This document shows, piece after piece, positions 21,242 to 35,450 of a stretch of DNA of 64,000 bases. Made by a program: the position numbers and the translations under genes. Origin of the DNA: Octopus sinensis (lineage: Eukaryota); assembly GCF_006345805.1 (NCBI RefSeq), contig NC_043002.1, positions 34,534,001 to 34,598,000 on the forward strand. Reading direction: 5' to 3'. A model generated the notes under the pieces. It did not search any database. It saw only the letters and a list, made by a program, of their open reading frames with translations, and was not told where the DNA came from. Position 1 is the stretch's first letter, and the number at the start of each line of letters is the position of its first letter.

Positions 21242-24200
21242 TATGATGTTATTTCAGGCAAATATATCAATGATTTCACATATTTTCTCATGGTACTGAT
21301 TAACTCACTCCTGTGTGCTGCTAGAAAACCCAAATGCTATGATATCTCAAAATGACTCACCTTAATCATCATATCTTTCTCAAGCTACACAGCTTCAAAT
21401 CACTTCAAAATTCATGTTAATGTTGTTGATCAAATGTTAATGATTTGAACGTTATTACAGGTATCTCTATTGAAACACATCTAAAATCTATGATGGACTT
21501 TATGGTTGCTATTGACTACAAAGATGGATTATTTTTGTTAATGGTTTATTGCACTGCTGATAACCATATGATAAATGTAGTGGTTTATCTCATTGCTGAT
21601 AACATCTGAGATGGTGTTGCTGTTATGCACGCTGACATCCTGGATTACATCAGGAGACAGACCACCCCATCACTAACAGACACTTTCCAGCATCTGGCCT
21701 CACAAGTGTGCTACTCCTCTCTCTGCCTTTTCTATTGCTATAATAATGGCCTTCTTTCCTTAGATTTGGCTGCTTTCGTACCCTGACCACTAAGGTACTC
21801 CTTTCCCACTCATCTCGCCACCCCTTGTGCACTTAACTATTCCTTTCTCTGCACCCAATCACTACACCCAATACTTCTTTCCCAGAACATCAACCCTCTG
21901 GATTCTTTTCCCTGTTCATATCCTTCCTGCAGGCATTAATCTACAACAGTTTAAACAGAACATTTAATGGCAGCAGTTTCTGCTTGTGAAAAAATGTTAT
22001 ATGATAACCATAGCAATTTATCTGTATGTTGCTAGTTATATGATAGCCATCACAATTTTATTTCACTGCAATGAACTACATGAAAACCATAGTGCTCTAT
22101 GATAGAAATGAATGTGGAAGGAAGTAGAGGAAGGGAACAACCAAGAAAGATACAACTGAAGATGCCACACAAAGAAATGTGGACAAAAGGGTTTTGTAGT
22201 TAAGTTTGGGTAATAGGAACATAGGTAACAGTGATGTTATTTGCATAAGATTGTATGTATATTTCATTGAGGTGTATACAGAAAGATTGTGTAGGTATGA
22301 TTTAAAAAGAAAACCAAACAAAAGATTTGGAATTTATTATTTAACCATCATCATCGTTTAATGTCCGTTCTCCATGCTAGCATGGGTTGGACAGAAGGCT
22401 GCACCAGGCTCTAGTCTGATCTGGCAGTGTTTCTACAGCTGGATGCCCTTCCTAACGTCAACCACTCCGAGAGTGTAGTGGGTGCGTTTTACGTGCCACC
22501 GACACAGGTGCCAAGCAAGGCTGGCAACGGCCACGATCGGATTGGTATTTTTTACGTGCCACCGGCACCATCATCATCATCATCATCATCGTTTAATGTT
22601 CGCTTTACATGCTAGCATGGGTTGGACGATTTTGACTGAGGGCTGGCGAACCAGATGGCTGCACCAGGCTCCAATCTTGATCTGGCAGAGTTTCTACAAC
22701 TGGATGCCCTTCCTAACGCCAACCAGGGTAAATCCCAGCTGTTTCCTCTTGAAACACTTCTGCTTATTCCCTTATTACAATGCAATATGTGGTCACAGTT
22801 GCTGCTGTATGTCAGTCGAAATACATTAAAATTGAGAATTATGGAAATATTATTTGCAGAGTTGTTGTATAATAAAACAGGAAAGTGGACAATCTCTTTG
22901 GTGTTATTCACTCTTCACTACACATGCTTCGCCTGCCAAAAGGAATTACAGTTTTACATGGTAGACAGACATTGAAGATTTTCAAATAAGAAGTTCCTTA
23001 CATGTCTATCTAACATGTCAATACTTTTAATTCCCATTGGCAACCGAAACAAGTGCAATGGAAAACAAATAACATCAAAAAAAATGTCCACCTTCATATT
23101 TTATTTTGTTATATATATAAATTCATATCGCAACATAGTTTTACTTGCCAGCTAAGTCTTAAGTATTCTGCTTACAGAAAATGCAAATAATATACAGTCT
23201 TTTTAATCACCATGTTAGGGTGAAATAAATATTAGCATTTTAAAAAATCTTTGGTCTAGAAGGAGCTGGGCCTATGACCTTTACATGTCTTGTGAAACAA
23301 GTGAAGTTGATGCTGTTAATATTCTACCTAAAATATTTCAAGTTCATGACTGCAGGAAAGACATGTACTGGGAGCGAGTTAATGAGATCTTGTGTACTAG
23401 GGAGCAAGTGCTGGGTGTCATGATTGGTGTGGGATCTATGAGGATTGGCTACAGTGTGGGTGATGAGAGAAGACAATCGTGAGTAAAAAGTACTTGACTG
23501 AACTAGCCAGTTCGGAAGTGGTCTTTGGAGTAGCAAGTTTTTAATGTGGTCTTTCAAATAGCAAGATAAAAAGCAGATGGGGGAAACAGCACATCTCTGG
23601 ACCAAAGGCTGAAACATGTTTGTGACTTCATGCTAATCTGTCAAGTAATTTTTTTCTTCTATTTAAATTCGTTTTGGTGGATATGTGGGCTAGGATGCAC
23701 CAACATTAATCATCTCAGATATAGGAGTATCTACTGAAATAGTCAGCTGGGCTTTATAGAGGGTTAGTATTTGGTGGAGGAAGAAGTATCTTCTAACTCT
23801 GAAGAGAAAAAAAACCATTCCTTAAAATACAGTCATTGCTATGTAAAGGGTGTATGTTTACATGGAAAGATCCTGTATGATTGTGGACATCATTTGGAGT
23901 GATCACAAGGGCCCTGGTTGCATACTACTATTGTTGAAACAGGTGTGTAGTGTGGTTGTGTTTTCTTGGTATGTGCAGTGATTGTGGGGATTTTTACTGC
24001 AGAAGAAGATAAGATGGGCTTGAACTTAGAGAATATTTTGAGATCTCTGTTCACTAGGTCATTGCAGATTTAGTGTGAGGTGTCTCACTTGTATGTGGAT
24101 GGCATTTGTGTGCAGAAGGTTTGGGTGGAATGGAATGTCATATCATACATGAGTGTGGGCATTGTTGAAGGTGACTGCAAGTAGGGTCAATAATGTATGG

Positions 24201-25175
24201 GGAAAGTGTGTAGGGAAGAGGACCAAACCCTGGCTAACAAAGTGTAAGAGCTCCATCAAGTGTATGTTGCAGTTGTATGATCTGATCGAAAGCCACCAAT
24301 CTGAGATATGATAGACAGAGCCCATAGGCAGGCAGTTTTGACAGGAGATTTATTCCAAGTTGCTGATGTTGAGGGTAATGACACTGTTAGAAGTCATTGG
24401 CGAGTAACATAAAATAGTTGCTCTCTAGTAAATTGGATTTTATAAAAGCTATACTGGCAGTCATTTTCTAATGACAGTTCAGTTTATTGTTGGTCAGGAT
24501 CAATGGACATGATTTATATTTTCAGTTCAGTAACAGGAGGAGCAACTATTTGTAGAAACAGGGAGTGGGCATTTGTAGCAATTCCATTGCTGCTACTTTA
24601 TTAACCTCAGCTGAATGATAGTAGACCCTAGCTAAAATCAAACTCAAGAAGTAAATGGACAAAACTAAATGCAGGAAATGAATCCAGAACTCTAGTATTT
24701 CTCCCAACTCATGCTTCTAACCGTCATCTTCAGTTATTAAATATTAATTTTTAACATTGACTTCATGGCATACGTATTAGGGAAATTCAGGATCGATTAA
24801 ATCTATCGTAACATTTGACTGTTATTTTGTCAGACTGAAAAGTATGGAAAGTGAATTCCACTTGCATGGCATTTGAACTTAGGATGTGAAGAGATCCAAC
24901 TTAACAGCAATTCTGCTATCTCATCATCATCATCATTTAGCATCCGCTTTCCATGCTATCATGGGTTGGATGGTTCAACTGGGGTCTGGGAAGCCAGAAG
25001 GCTGCACCAGGCCCAGCCTGATCTGGCAGTGTTTCTACAGCTGGATACCCTTCCTAATGCCAACCACTCCGTGAGTGTAGTGGGTGCTTTTTACGTACCA
25101 CCTGCACAGGTGCCAGACGAGGCTGGCATCTACGCTTCATAATTTAATGTTGACACACACACATACTAGGAAATA

Positions 25176-26453
25176 TTGGGTCATCCCATACATGTGGTTT
25201 TTTAATACTTCTTTCATTTTTCAAAATTAAGATAAACAAAGTTCTTTTTTAATCTAAAATATACGCTCTTCCATTTTCTACAATGCTCTTCCATCTATCT
25301 GGTTGACTCACAAAGCCCCTCTTCCAAAATTCACTTGTCCGTGACAAAAAATACTCCTCCAGTACTGTTCTGACCTCGTCTACAGAATTCATATTTTTTC
25401 CATCCAAATGATTTTGATGATTGCCAAATAAATGATAATCAGATAGGGTAATGTCCAGTGAATATGGTAGGTGGGGTATTGTTTCCCATTCAAACTGCCC
25501 CAGCCTTTGGAATGTCATCCTTGCTGTAAGTGACCGAGCATTATTCTGATGGAAGAATACCTTTTGTCTTGAAACTAAAGATAGTTGTTTTTCTTCTAGT
25601 GCTAACTTAAGCCACTCAAGCTGCTGGCAGTAGATCTCCTTTGTTATCATTTAGTTTGGGTTTAAAAGTTCAAATTGGACTAAACCTTTTCATATCCCAC
25701 CAAACAAATAACAGCACTTTACATGGGTGAAGACTTTCTTTAGCCTGGTGTGTCAGTGTTACTCTTTTCCCTACCGACTGTCTTCAGTACTTGACATTTT
25801 TATAGAGAACCCATTTCTCGTCACCAGTCACTATTCAGTCTGAAAAAGCTTCATTTGTGAGACATGACAGCAAAGAAGAGCACACATTCACTCTCTGTGC
25901 ATGATTAGACTAGGAAAGTTTGTGGGGAACCTATTGACCCATTTTGCTGACTTTTCTGTTAACACACAGGTGTTGGTGAATGATTGAATGACCAAACCTA
26001 AGCTTCTCTGCTAGTTCTTCAACAGTTATGATGGAATTTTGTTCCACCAGGGTTTGCATGTCATCCTCATTGAGCTCTACAGATCTTCCAAGATGAAGCT
26101 TGTCTTCTAAACTGTAGTTTCTGGCTTGGAATTTCTGGAACCACTGTTGACACTGGCTTACATTTATTGTCTGATCCCCATATATTGCATTAATATTCCC
26201 CGCACTTACCATTACGTTGTTGCCTTTAATGAACTCATAAATAAAAATATGCCGAATATGCTCCTTTGTCACTTCCATTATAACTTTGAAAGAACAACTG
26301 TTAAAATCGAACTGCTTTCTTCAAAACTTGCACTAAGAATAAAGTAAAATTAATGCCTGCTTTTATAGCAAGTTGATACAGGTAGTTTATCCCATCTGCA
26401 TCTGACTTAGTTCATGCAATTGAAAAAATCGCATTAATTATGGGATGACCCAA
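25176..26453 (-). mobile_element. Full-length decayed mariner (Tc1/mariner) transposon
   Basis: TIRs TTGGGTCATCCCATA / TATGGGATGACCCAA with TA on both sides. N-terminal ORF 25931-26278 (MEVTKEHIRH...WFQKF) and C-terminal ORF 25249-25650 (HQNNAR...HLPYSLDITLSDYHLF); catalytic D to N change and a broken frame. Confidence 0.9.
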
Positions 26454-27981
26454 TAGTATTTAACTTTGCAACTTCTCTGGTGATGCTGGTCTAAGTATCC
26501 CAGTAATAAATTACAGATATCAGAAACACAGTTAATAGTTTATGCATGTAATGACACAAATACTGGTAATTTACTTCTTTAGATGCAAGAAGAATGATGG
26601 CAATGTTCTCTGGCAGAATCATTTGCACACTGGGCAAAATGTTTAGTGGCATTTCATCCATCCTTACGTTCTGAGTTCAAATTATGCCAAGGTCAACTTT
26701 GCCTTTCATCCTTTCAGAGTTGATAAAATAAGTGCCAGTTAAGCACTAGGGTTGATGTATTTGACTTACCTCTACCCCAAAATTGCTGGCCTTGTGTCAA
26801 AATTTGTAACCAATATGAAGATAGTCTTAATAATATATCAACGGAAAGTTTCTCTTCCTTATTCTTCTAATTTCATCTCTCTCTCTCTTTCTACTATCCA
26901 ATGACTTTCTTTCCAATTTGTTTATCTTTAAGTAAATTTGTGATAACATATCTTATTAAAATACTATATATAACCAGGATTAGATATTTTGCCTTCACTG
27001 TATGTGCTGAAGTAGTAATTAATGGATCACTAAGTAATTAGGAACATTTAGATATTAAATATCATTGTTTAGATACTGAATAATTAAGAAATGACACGGA
27101 AAGCAAAATCAATAGGTACGTTGTTGATTCATTAAAACGCTAAGTGGAAGTAAATATGCAGATCAATATTATTGAGGGAAGGTCAATATTATTGTAGCTT
27201 CTTCTGGCTTGTACAGGACACATACATTTTGGTCTTTACCACTTTATAGTGATTTCAGTTTCATCTCGGAATACATAGTGTTTCTTATTCTGAGAAAGTC
27301 GGTTTATCTTATCTTACCAATCTCTTTGATCATACTGCAATATTGATTTCAAATTTTAGCAGGCCAGAAATTTCAGGAGAGGGGTTAAGTCGATTACATT
27401 GACCCCAGTGTTCAACTGGTACTTATTTTATCGACCCCCAAAAGGATAAAAGGCAAGTTGACCTGGGCAGAATTTCATCTCGGAATATGAAGATGGATAA
27501 ATTACTGCTAAGAATTTTACTCAGCAGGCTAACAATTCTGCCTGCTTGCCACCTTTTATCTTACTGTAATATCAACATCACTTCCATCATCTCAAAAATA
27601 AAAGATATAGTTATAAATAAATTCTTCTTCACTCCTGCCTCCCCCACCTCCCAACACCATCACACCACACCACACACCACTACACCTTACACACCCATAC
27701 TACACAACATACTGCAATGCACACATCAGCACTGACCACTTCCCAGACCCACATTTTCACACCTACACATACACACATCAAGATCACCAGCCCTCTTCCA
27801 CACACACATACAAACTCTCTTATACACACGCACACACACCTTCATTTTGAGATCACCACCACTTTATTATCTTCCCTTCTCCCTAGCTCTCCTGTGGGAC
27901 CTTTCTGTCCAGGCCTTTGCCATGATAGATCACTAGCCACTACACATTCTTTATTTTCTCTCCTTGTTTCTTTCTGTGTTC

Positions 27982-28017
27982 CTTTCTGTGGAAGAGCGTA
28001 GGCTCGAAATGTTAAAG
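27982..28017 (+). ncRNA. Minimal type I hammerhead-like motif (U6 core, extra A), in a pLTR-like repeat
   Basis: CTTT-CTGTGGA-A-GAGC(GTAG)GCTC-GAAA-TGT-T^AAAG; flanks homologous to 50440-50630. Confidence 0.5.
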
Positions 28018-31000
28018 ACTTTTTCACTTCCCGAGCGTTATACTAATACATCTGTTTGTTGTCTACATCACCTGTCTTTGTCTTTTGTTTTTTTTTTTGT
28101 GAAACCCCACTACAATTTCTATAGAACTAGATTTTACAGATTCTTATTGTATCACTCATCATGATGTTTGATATAAGGTTTTGTATTTTATAATGGAAAA
28201 GAAGCTAATGCAATTGTATGTCTTAAGAAATATGTGGTGAGTCATCACTACATTGGCAAATATTATGAAGGATGTATTTTATTAATGAAGTCTTAATGCT
28301 GGCTTACTCTGTGCTTGACTAATAGATAAATTAATATTTTGTTTATTGATTAATTAGTGATTCTCTGATTCTACTTCAGTATGTATGGTGAAATCTATGT
28401 AGATTTCATAGCAGAATAGACTCTGTAGAAATCTAATGAAGGTTCTGACTTTTGTAACAATAATCCACCTGTTATTGAAATAGTCACATACAGTGGGGGG
28501 TGGGGTGGGGACAAAAATAGTGAGCATCCATTAATTTTTATCATCGCTTTTTTACCCATTTTCTATGCTGACATATTAGATGGGTTTTCATGTTTGAGTT
28601 CAATATGTCTTTAGGGGTACTGCTCCTCTAAATGAGTTGTGGGGACACCATCTTGCTTGGTTTCCACCACTCTCCTTCTTAACCCTTTCGTTACTGTATT
28701 TATTTTGAGATGCTCTGTGTTTCTTCCAATTATTTTAAATATAACAAAGAATTTAGTAAAATAACATCGTTATCATTAAGCTAGTGTTAGGAACATAAAT
28801 TGTGTCTAAGATTTAGTGGAAGATTTGAATTCAAAACTTATGAAAACAAGACATTTATACTAAAGAGCCAGAGCCAGTTTCAGCTGGCTTGGTAACAAAA
28901 GGGTTAATATCAACCACTTTACCAAGTGAACTGAGTTCTTGTTTGATGACACTAGTACTAGAGAAATATTGTGTTCATGGTAAGACACAACCTCACACTT
29001 AACAGAGTGTACTGGTTGAGTTTTTTGTCACATCAGCAATAGAGAGGTAACTGTGTCCTTGACATGACTAAAGGGTCCTTACAACCACATATCTCTGCTC
29101 ATTTGCCTGCCTCTTTACAGAGTGAGAAGCATGAGTAATAGAGACGAGAATGATAGTGATGAGAGGAATGTGTAATAGGGAAAGGAATGGTAAGAGTACA
29201 CAGTATTCTGAAATAGAGACATATATTCAGGCATCTTAACATAGATGGTAGAGAGATGACAGAAGTTTATGTAATCAAGGAGACAAAGCGATGACAAAGA
29301 CTAGATGTGTGGAAGAAAAAGAGAGTATGATAGCTGACAGAGTGAAATAGGGTGATGACAGGCATGATGACAGGAGGGGAGGGTGAAGTTAGAGGGTACT
29401 GGGCAATCAAGATTCAGTGTAGTCATCTACACATAGGCCTTCAAGATAGGTTGAAGGGGTTGAGTGATGAGAGTGGTGGCAAGGAGAATGGAAAGTATAT
29501 GGGTCTTGTACCAGTTAACTGCACAAAGGAGTGTCTGTGATGGAGAGTCAGACTAGGTGCAGTGGCATCCTTAGTTACCCTGGAAGCAATGTGAGCCACT
29601 CTCAGTTACACCGAAGGCAAAATTCAGTGAGACCCAAGAAGACAAAGAATTAAGAAATGAGGGATTGAGGTATGGGTGAAAGAATGCAATGTATGATGAA
29701 AGGAAGAGAGATCCACTGCTACTTTAGGTCACAACAACTTAGTACAGTGAGATCAAGAAATGACTTATAGGGACTTACGCTCAGGAAGCAAGAAAGATAA
29801 AGTCATGGACAAAAGGGATCTGGGTAACAGTGGTGTGGGCAATATACAGATGAGTGATAGGCTTGTGAGATAGAGGAATGAGCAACAAAGGCAGTGAGTA
29901 AGGATACAAGTGTTGGAGGATTGAGAGGCCATCAAATAAGTCAGTGATGTAAATTTGATAATACGCAAATATATATATATACATGCATGCATATGTGCAC
30001 ACACATGAATACATATGCCTAGTGATACATGCCTTTATATAAGATAATTTTAATATTCATTTTGCCAATCCTCCTTCCATACAGTAACTCAGTCCTTTAC
30101 TATTAGAAACAACAGCTTTAGATCTGTCTTTGTTACTTTGTTCCCCACAAAATACAATATAAAATATGAAGAAAACGTGCCATCAGCGGACGTTAAACGA
30201 TGATGATGATGATGATGATGAAGAAAATATGTAATTTCTTAACTCACCAGCTGTTTCAGGATGCCCAGTGTTATGTAATAATCATAATCATAATTTGCAG
30301 ATGAAATGTGCAAAAAGACATGAGTATGTAACCAGTAACCAGTCACATGAAGATACTACAATAAGTCTGGCTCCCCTCATCAAGTGAATATAGGAAAATA
30401 TCATCATCATCATTTAGCATCCGCTTTCCATGCTAGCATGAGTTGGACGGTTCGACTGGGGTCTGGGAAGCCAGGTGGCTGCACCAGGCCCAGTCTGATC
30501 TGGCAATGTTTCTACGGCTGGATGCCCTTCCTAACGCCAACCACTCCGTGAGTGTAGTGGGTGCTTTTTACGTGCCACCGGCACAGGTGCCAGACGGGGC
30601 TGGCAAACAGCCACGGTTGGATGGTGCCTTTTACATGCTACCGGCACGGGGGCCTGGCGAGGCTGGCAACGGCCACGATCGGATGGTGCTTTTTATGTGC
30701 CATATTAATATAATATAGTTGATAAATATGATAATATTTTCCATGCTAAATGAATTATTCTTCCAATAGATGTGATTCTACAGAAGATATTTTGACCTTT
30801 AAGTCATGAAACAGTTTAGTTGTATGCTAATGTAAATGTTTTGTTAAATCTACATTTTTAACTACTCACTTATATCTTATACTGTTTCTTTATTATTTCA
30901 GAACATCAGATGACATCAGATTTAAAGAATTTTTAACCTTAGGTACACTGTCATTAGTTATCATATTTTGAAGACTAATGGAAGAAACTACATGCAGCTG

Positions 31001-31372
31001 ATAAAAGGTCTGTTTATAATAACTGTTAAGATTACAGTAAAATATTTCCTCTGAAATGAGACTAAAAGCATAATTTCTCTAATTCACTGCTGGGAATCTG
31101 TACAAGATGATTTTACATTCCAATTAAACTTGGACATATTTACAAAGGTGTTTGAGGCATTTTCAGATACTGATGAAGATCATATTGATGGAAGTATGGC
31201 TGAAGAAATATTTGTTTGGAATAAACTATAACACAAATAAAAGACTGTAGCCATATGATATGGTTAAAGAAAAAAAACCATTGGGAAAATAAACTGTGTG
31301 AGAAATTTAAAAGGTTAACTTTTTTCATCTGAAGAGATAGGACATTCATTATAGTACTGTGATATTTCTGAA

Positions 31373-31533
31373 ATGTCTCTAAAAAGAAACCTAACTACTG
31401 GAGAGAAGCCATATCACCGTGATATCTGTGGTAAATCATTTTTGAATGGAAGTCACTTAATTAGACACAAACACATTGATACAAGTGAGAAACCATATCG
31501 TTGTGATATTTGCAATAAATCATTTTCTAATGA
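31373..31533 (+). pseudogene. Upstream degenerate zinc-finger segment, out of frame with the main ORF
   Basis: ATG at 31373: [55 protein letters not shown], then a 1-nt deletion near 31536. In-frame TAG at 31352 upstream. Confidence 0.75.
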
Positions 31534-32931
31534 CAGCATATAGCTAGACACAAATGCATTCATACTGGAGAGAAGCCACATCAATGTGATATCTGTGGTA
31601 AATCATTCTCACAGAGTGGTGACTTGATTATTCACAAACGCAGTCATACAGGAGAGAAACCATATCACTGCAATATCTGTGGTAAATCATTCTGCCATGG
31701 AAAAGCCTTAAATATTCACAAACACATTCATACTGGAGAGAAACTATATCATTGTGATGTTTGTAGTAAATCATTCTCTGAAAATGGTCACTTAACTAAA
31801 CACAAACGTATTCATACTGGAGAGAAACCACATCATTGTGATATCTGTGGCAAATCTTTCTCTTTAAATGGCCACTTAACTAAACACAAATACATTCATA
31901 CAGGAGAGAAACCATATCGTTGTGATATTTGTGGTAAATCATTCTCTCAAAATTATCACTTAACTGTACACAAGCGAATTCATACAGGAGAGAAACCATA
32001 TCGTTGTGATATCTGTGGTAAATTATTTTCGGATGGAAGTCACTTAATCAGACACAAACGCGTTCATACAGGAGAGAACCCATATCATTGTGATATTTGT
32101 GGTAAATCATTTTCTGATGGAAGTCACTTAACTGCTCATATACGTATTCATACTGGAGAGAAGCCATATCATTGTGATATCTGTGATAAATCATTCTCTC
32201 AGAAAAGTAATCTCACTGTTCACAAACATATTCATACAGGAGACAAACCATATTATTGTGATATCTGTGGTAAATCTTTTTCTAGAAGTGGTGACTTAAC
32301 TACTCACAAACACATTCATACGGGTGACAAGCCATATTGCTGTGACATCTGTGGTAATTCATTCTCTCAAAATTATCACTTAACTACACACAAACGAATT
32401 CATACAGGAGAGAAACCACATCACTGTAACACCTGTGGTAGGTCCTTCTCTCATAGAAATGCCTTAAATACTCACAAACGCATTCACACAGGAGAGAAAC
32501 CATATCAGTGTGATATCTGTGGTAAGTCATTCCCTCATGCAAATACCTTACTTATTCACAAACAAATTCATATAGGAGAGAAGCCGTATCACTGTGATAT
32601 ATGTGGTAAAACTTTTACTTTCACTAGTGACTTAGAGAAACACAAATGCATTCATGATGGAAAAAAAACATATCATTGTGATATATGTGGTAAATTATTT
32701 TCGGATGGAAGTCATGTAGCTAGACACAAACGCATTCACACAGGGGAGAAACCATATCCCTGTGATATTTGTGGTAAGTCATTTTCCGTTAGTTGTAACC
32801 TAACTACTCACAAACGTATTCATACTGGAGAAAAGCCATATCATTGTGGTATCTGTGATAAATCATTCTCTCAGAAAAGTAATTTCGCCACTCACAAGCT
32901 CATTCATTTAGGAGAAAAACCATATCACTGA
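31534..32931 (+). CDS. Tandem C2H2 (Kruppel-type) zinc-finger reading frame, 16 intact fingers, no ATG; possibly a pseudogene
   Basis: Stop-free from 31534 (after TGA 31531) to TGA at 32929-31; repeated CxxC-12-HxxxH with TGEKPY linkers; the track start at 31624 is TTG. Confidence 0.8.
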   Translation, partial: QHIARHKCIHTGEKPHQCDICGKSFSQSGDLIIHKRSHTGEKPYHCNICGKSFCHGKALNIHKHIHTGEKLYHCDVCSKSFSENGHLTKHKRIHTGEKPHHCDICGKSFSLNGHLTKHKYIHTGEKPYRCDICGKSFSQNYHLTVHKRIHTGEKPYRCDICGKLFSDGSHLIRHKRVHTGENPYHCDICGKSFSDGSHLTAHIRIHTGEKPYHCDICDKSFSQKSNLTVHKHIHTGDKPYYCDICGKSFSRSGDLTTHKHIHTGDKPYCCDICGNSFSQNYHLTTHKRIHTGEKPHHCNTCGRSFSHRNALNTHKRIHTGEKPYQCDICGKSFPHANTLLIHKQIHIGEKPYHCDICGKTFTFTSDLEKHKCIHDGKKTYHCDICGKLFSDGSHVARHKRIHTGEKPYPCDICGKSFSVSCNLTTHKRIHTGEKPYHCGICDKSFSQKSNFATHKLIHLGEKPYH

Positions 32932-33360
32932 TATTTATGGTCTGTTGTACTCTTTAAATGGTAACTTAACTAAAACTACAATCATTCAGCAGGCGAGAAA
33001 CCATATCACTGTGATATTTCTTGGAAATAATTTCACAAAACCACTTTCATACAGGATTTACCACATGTCGCTGTGATCTGTAAATCATTCTCTGAAAGTT
33101 GCACCTTGGCTACTCGTAGACATTACTCTTGCAGGAGAGAAATCTTCCTACTATGATGTATGTGGTATGTCATTCTCATGGAAATAAAAACTTATTCATA
33201 TTGGAGTGAATCCATAATCATTGTGATAAATCATTCTCTCAAAAAAGATAACTTCACCATTTACAAATGCATTCATGTAGGAGAGACACTATATAACTGT
33301 GATGTCTGTGGTAAATCATTTTCTCAAAATTGTATGTCAACTAAACATATGACAGAAAAT
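32932..33360 (+). pseudogene. Decayed downstream zinc fingers
   Basis: GAGAAACCATATCACTGTGATATT and TGTGGTAAATCATTTTCTCAAAAT remnants with stops and indels. Confidence 0.75.
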
Positions 33361-34160
33361 TAACTATATCAATGTCTAAAGCCATTCCATTAAAAAAAAA
33401 ATATCGGTTCGGCTAACAAGACCGATAGAATAAATACTAGGCTTACAAAGAATAAGTCCTGGGGTTGATTTGCTCGACTAAAGGCGGTGCTCCAGCATGG
33501 CCGCAGTCAAGTGGCTGAAGCAAGTAAAAGAATAAAAGAATATATATAACACTAAATGTGTGTCTTTCTTTTTTGTATTTGGTTTGCAAAATTTTTGATG
33601 TAAACTCATGTTTTGAAACAAATTTGGTTGTATCATAGACATTATGCCAACAATAACCCCCCCCCCCCAAGACCTTTCTGTGTCATTTGCAACCTTATCA
33701 ATGATTTGCTCTCTCTCCTCCTGATCTAAAAGTGTTCATACAATAAAGAAGCTACAATAGTATGTGATAACAAACACACAACACTAGTGCAATAACACTG
33801 TGTTATTACAGAATTTTCATATTCTATCTAACTTTTCCAGAGGGGAAAATGATACTGTTGATTTATTTGACATTGTAGGTAAATAAATGAATAATGGAAC
33901 ATTATTATAATTCTTATGTTACAAAGATATACACAAATCATAAAATGAAGTATTTCTTCATACCATAAGATGTGTATATGATGTCTAATAAAAATACATT
34001 CTTTCAATATCTTATGTATATTCTGATGTGAAATTTAGATTTCCATCTTAGAGGATGATTCTAATGATGGTTTAAACTTATATTAAGTTTATCATTTTTT
34101 TACTTATAACATAACCAGATGAGCCTGAATATTCAGATTAATGTAACTAAACTGAATCTA

Positions 34161-35450
34161 CGAGGGACGTTCAATAAGTAATGCCTCTGACCCACTTGCA
34201 GTTGTTGGATCTAGCTGAAATTTTGCATGTGCAATCATTTATATCTCTATAGAGTAAGTGGCAAATTACAGCTCTGAATTACTTGTGGTTTCTGATTTAC
34301 AGGTGTTTGAACCGAGTCAAGTGTGAAATGGAGCCTGTTGAGTGTTGAGCAGTGATCCAGTTTTTGTATTTGAAAGGACGCACACCACGGGAGACTTTTA
34401 ATGAAATGAAAGTAACTTATGGTGATGATGCCCCATCATATGACCTTGTAAAACGCTGGCATCGTGAATTCAAACATGGTTGGAACTCTGTGGAAACAGC
34501 TCCCAGATCTGGTCGCCCCTTCTGCCATTAATGACGCATCTGTCCGTCAAGTTGAGGCTGCCATTTTGGAAGATCGACGCATAATTATTCGCCAAATAGC
34601 CCATGAGGTCAAGATTAGTACCGGATCTGTGGAAACTATCATTCATGACCATTTGCATATGCAAAAGGTGTCTGCCAGATGGATTCCCAGGTTGCTCACG
34701 CCTTTCCAGAAGCAAGAACGCGTCGAGTGCTCGAGGGTGAATTTGGAGATGTGCCAAGAAGATGAGTCAAAATTTTTCAAAAGACTGATTACACAGGATG
34801 AAACCTGGGTCCATCACGATGATCCAGAGACCAAAGCCCAGTCAATGCAGTGGAAGCACCGTGACTCACCCCCTCCAAAGAAGGCAAGGGTGCAGCCCTC
34901 CGCTGGCAAGGTCATGCTCACAGTCTTCTGGGACCAGGACGGAGTAGTGATGACAGATTTCCTGGCAAAGGGTACCACAATTGCAGGAGCCTATTATGCT
35001 TCACTTTTGAGGAAATTAAGAGAAGTTATCAAAATCAAGAGGTGGGGCAAGATCAGCAAAGACATCCTCCTCCTGCAGGACAACGCTCCGGTCCACAACT
35101 CGCTTGTCGCCAGATCAGAAGCACAGGCGTATGGCTATGAACTCCTCCCCCATCCTCCTACTTTCCTGACCTTGCACCCTCTGATTTTCACCTCTTCCCA
35201 GTCATGAAGTTGTTTTTGAAAGGAAAGCGTTTCCCAGATGATGCAGCCTTGATTTCTGAAGTCACGTTCAGGTTGGAGGACCAAGCTGGGGTCTTCTACA
35301 AAAACGGTCTCCAGAGCTGCATCAAACAATGGGAGAAATGCGTAACTCTGGGTGGTTCCTATGTAGAAAAAGACTAATAACTGTGCCAAGTTTCGTTGCT
35401 CTACTGCTATGGGAAGTGGGTCAGGGGCATTACTTATTGAATGCCCCTCG
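34161..35450 (+). mobile_element. Full-length mariner, DD34D, irritans/Hsmar2-like TIR; transposase inactivated
   Basis: TIRs CGAGGGACGTTCAATAAGTAATGCCTCTGACCCAC / GTGGGTCAGGGGCATTACTTATTGAATGCCCCTCG, TA TSD. ATG 34328 to TAA 35377 with early TGA and frameshifts. Motifs WIPRLL, ITQDETW, QDNAPVH, HPP(YSPD)LAPSDF. Confidence 0.95.

Noticed and set aside
21600-21830. Possible Penelope GIY-YIG C-terminal remnant (similar hints at 23400-24100 and 29180-29700)
   Set aside because: Too decayed to support without an HMM or BLAST search.
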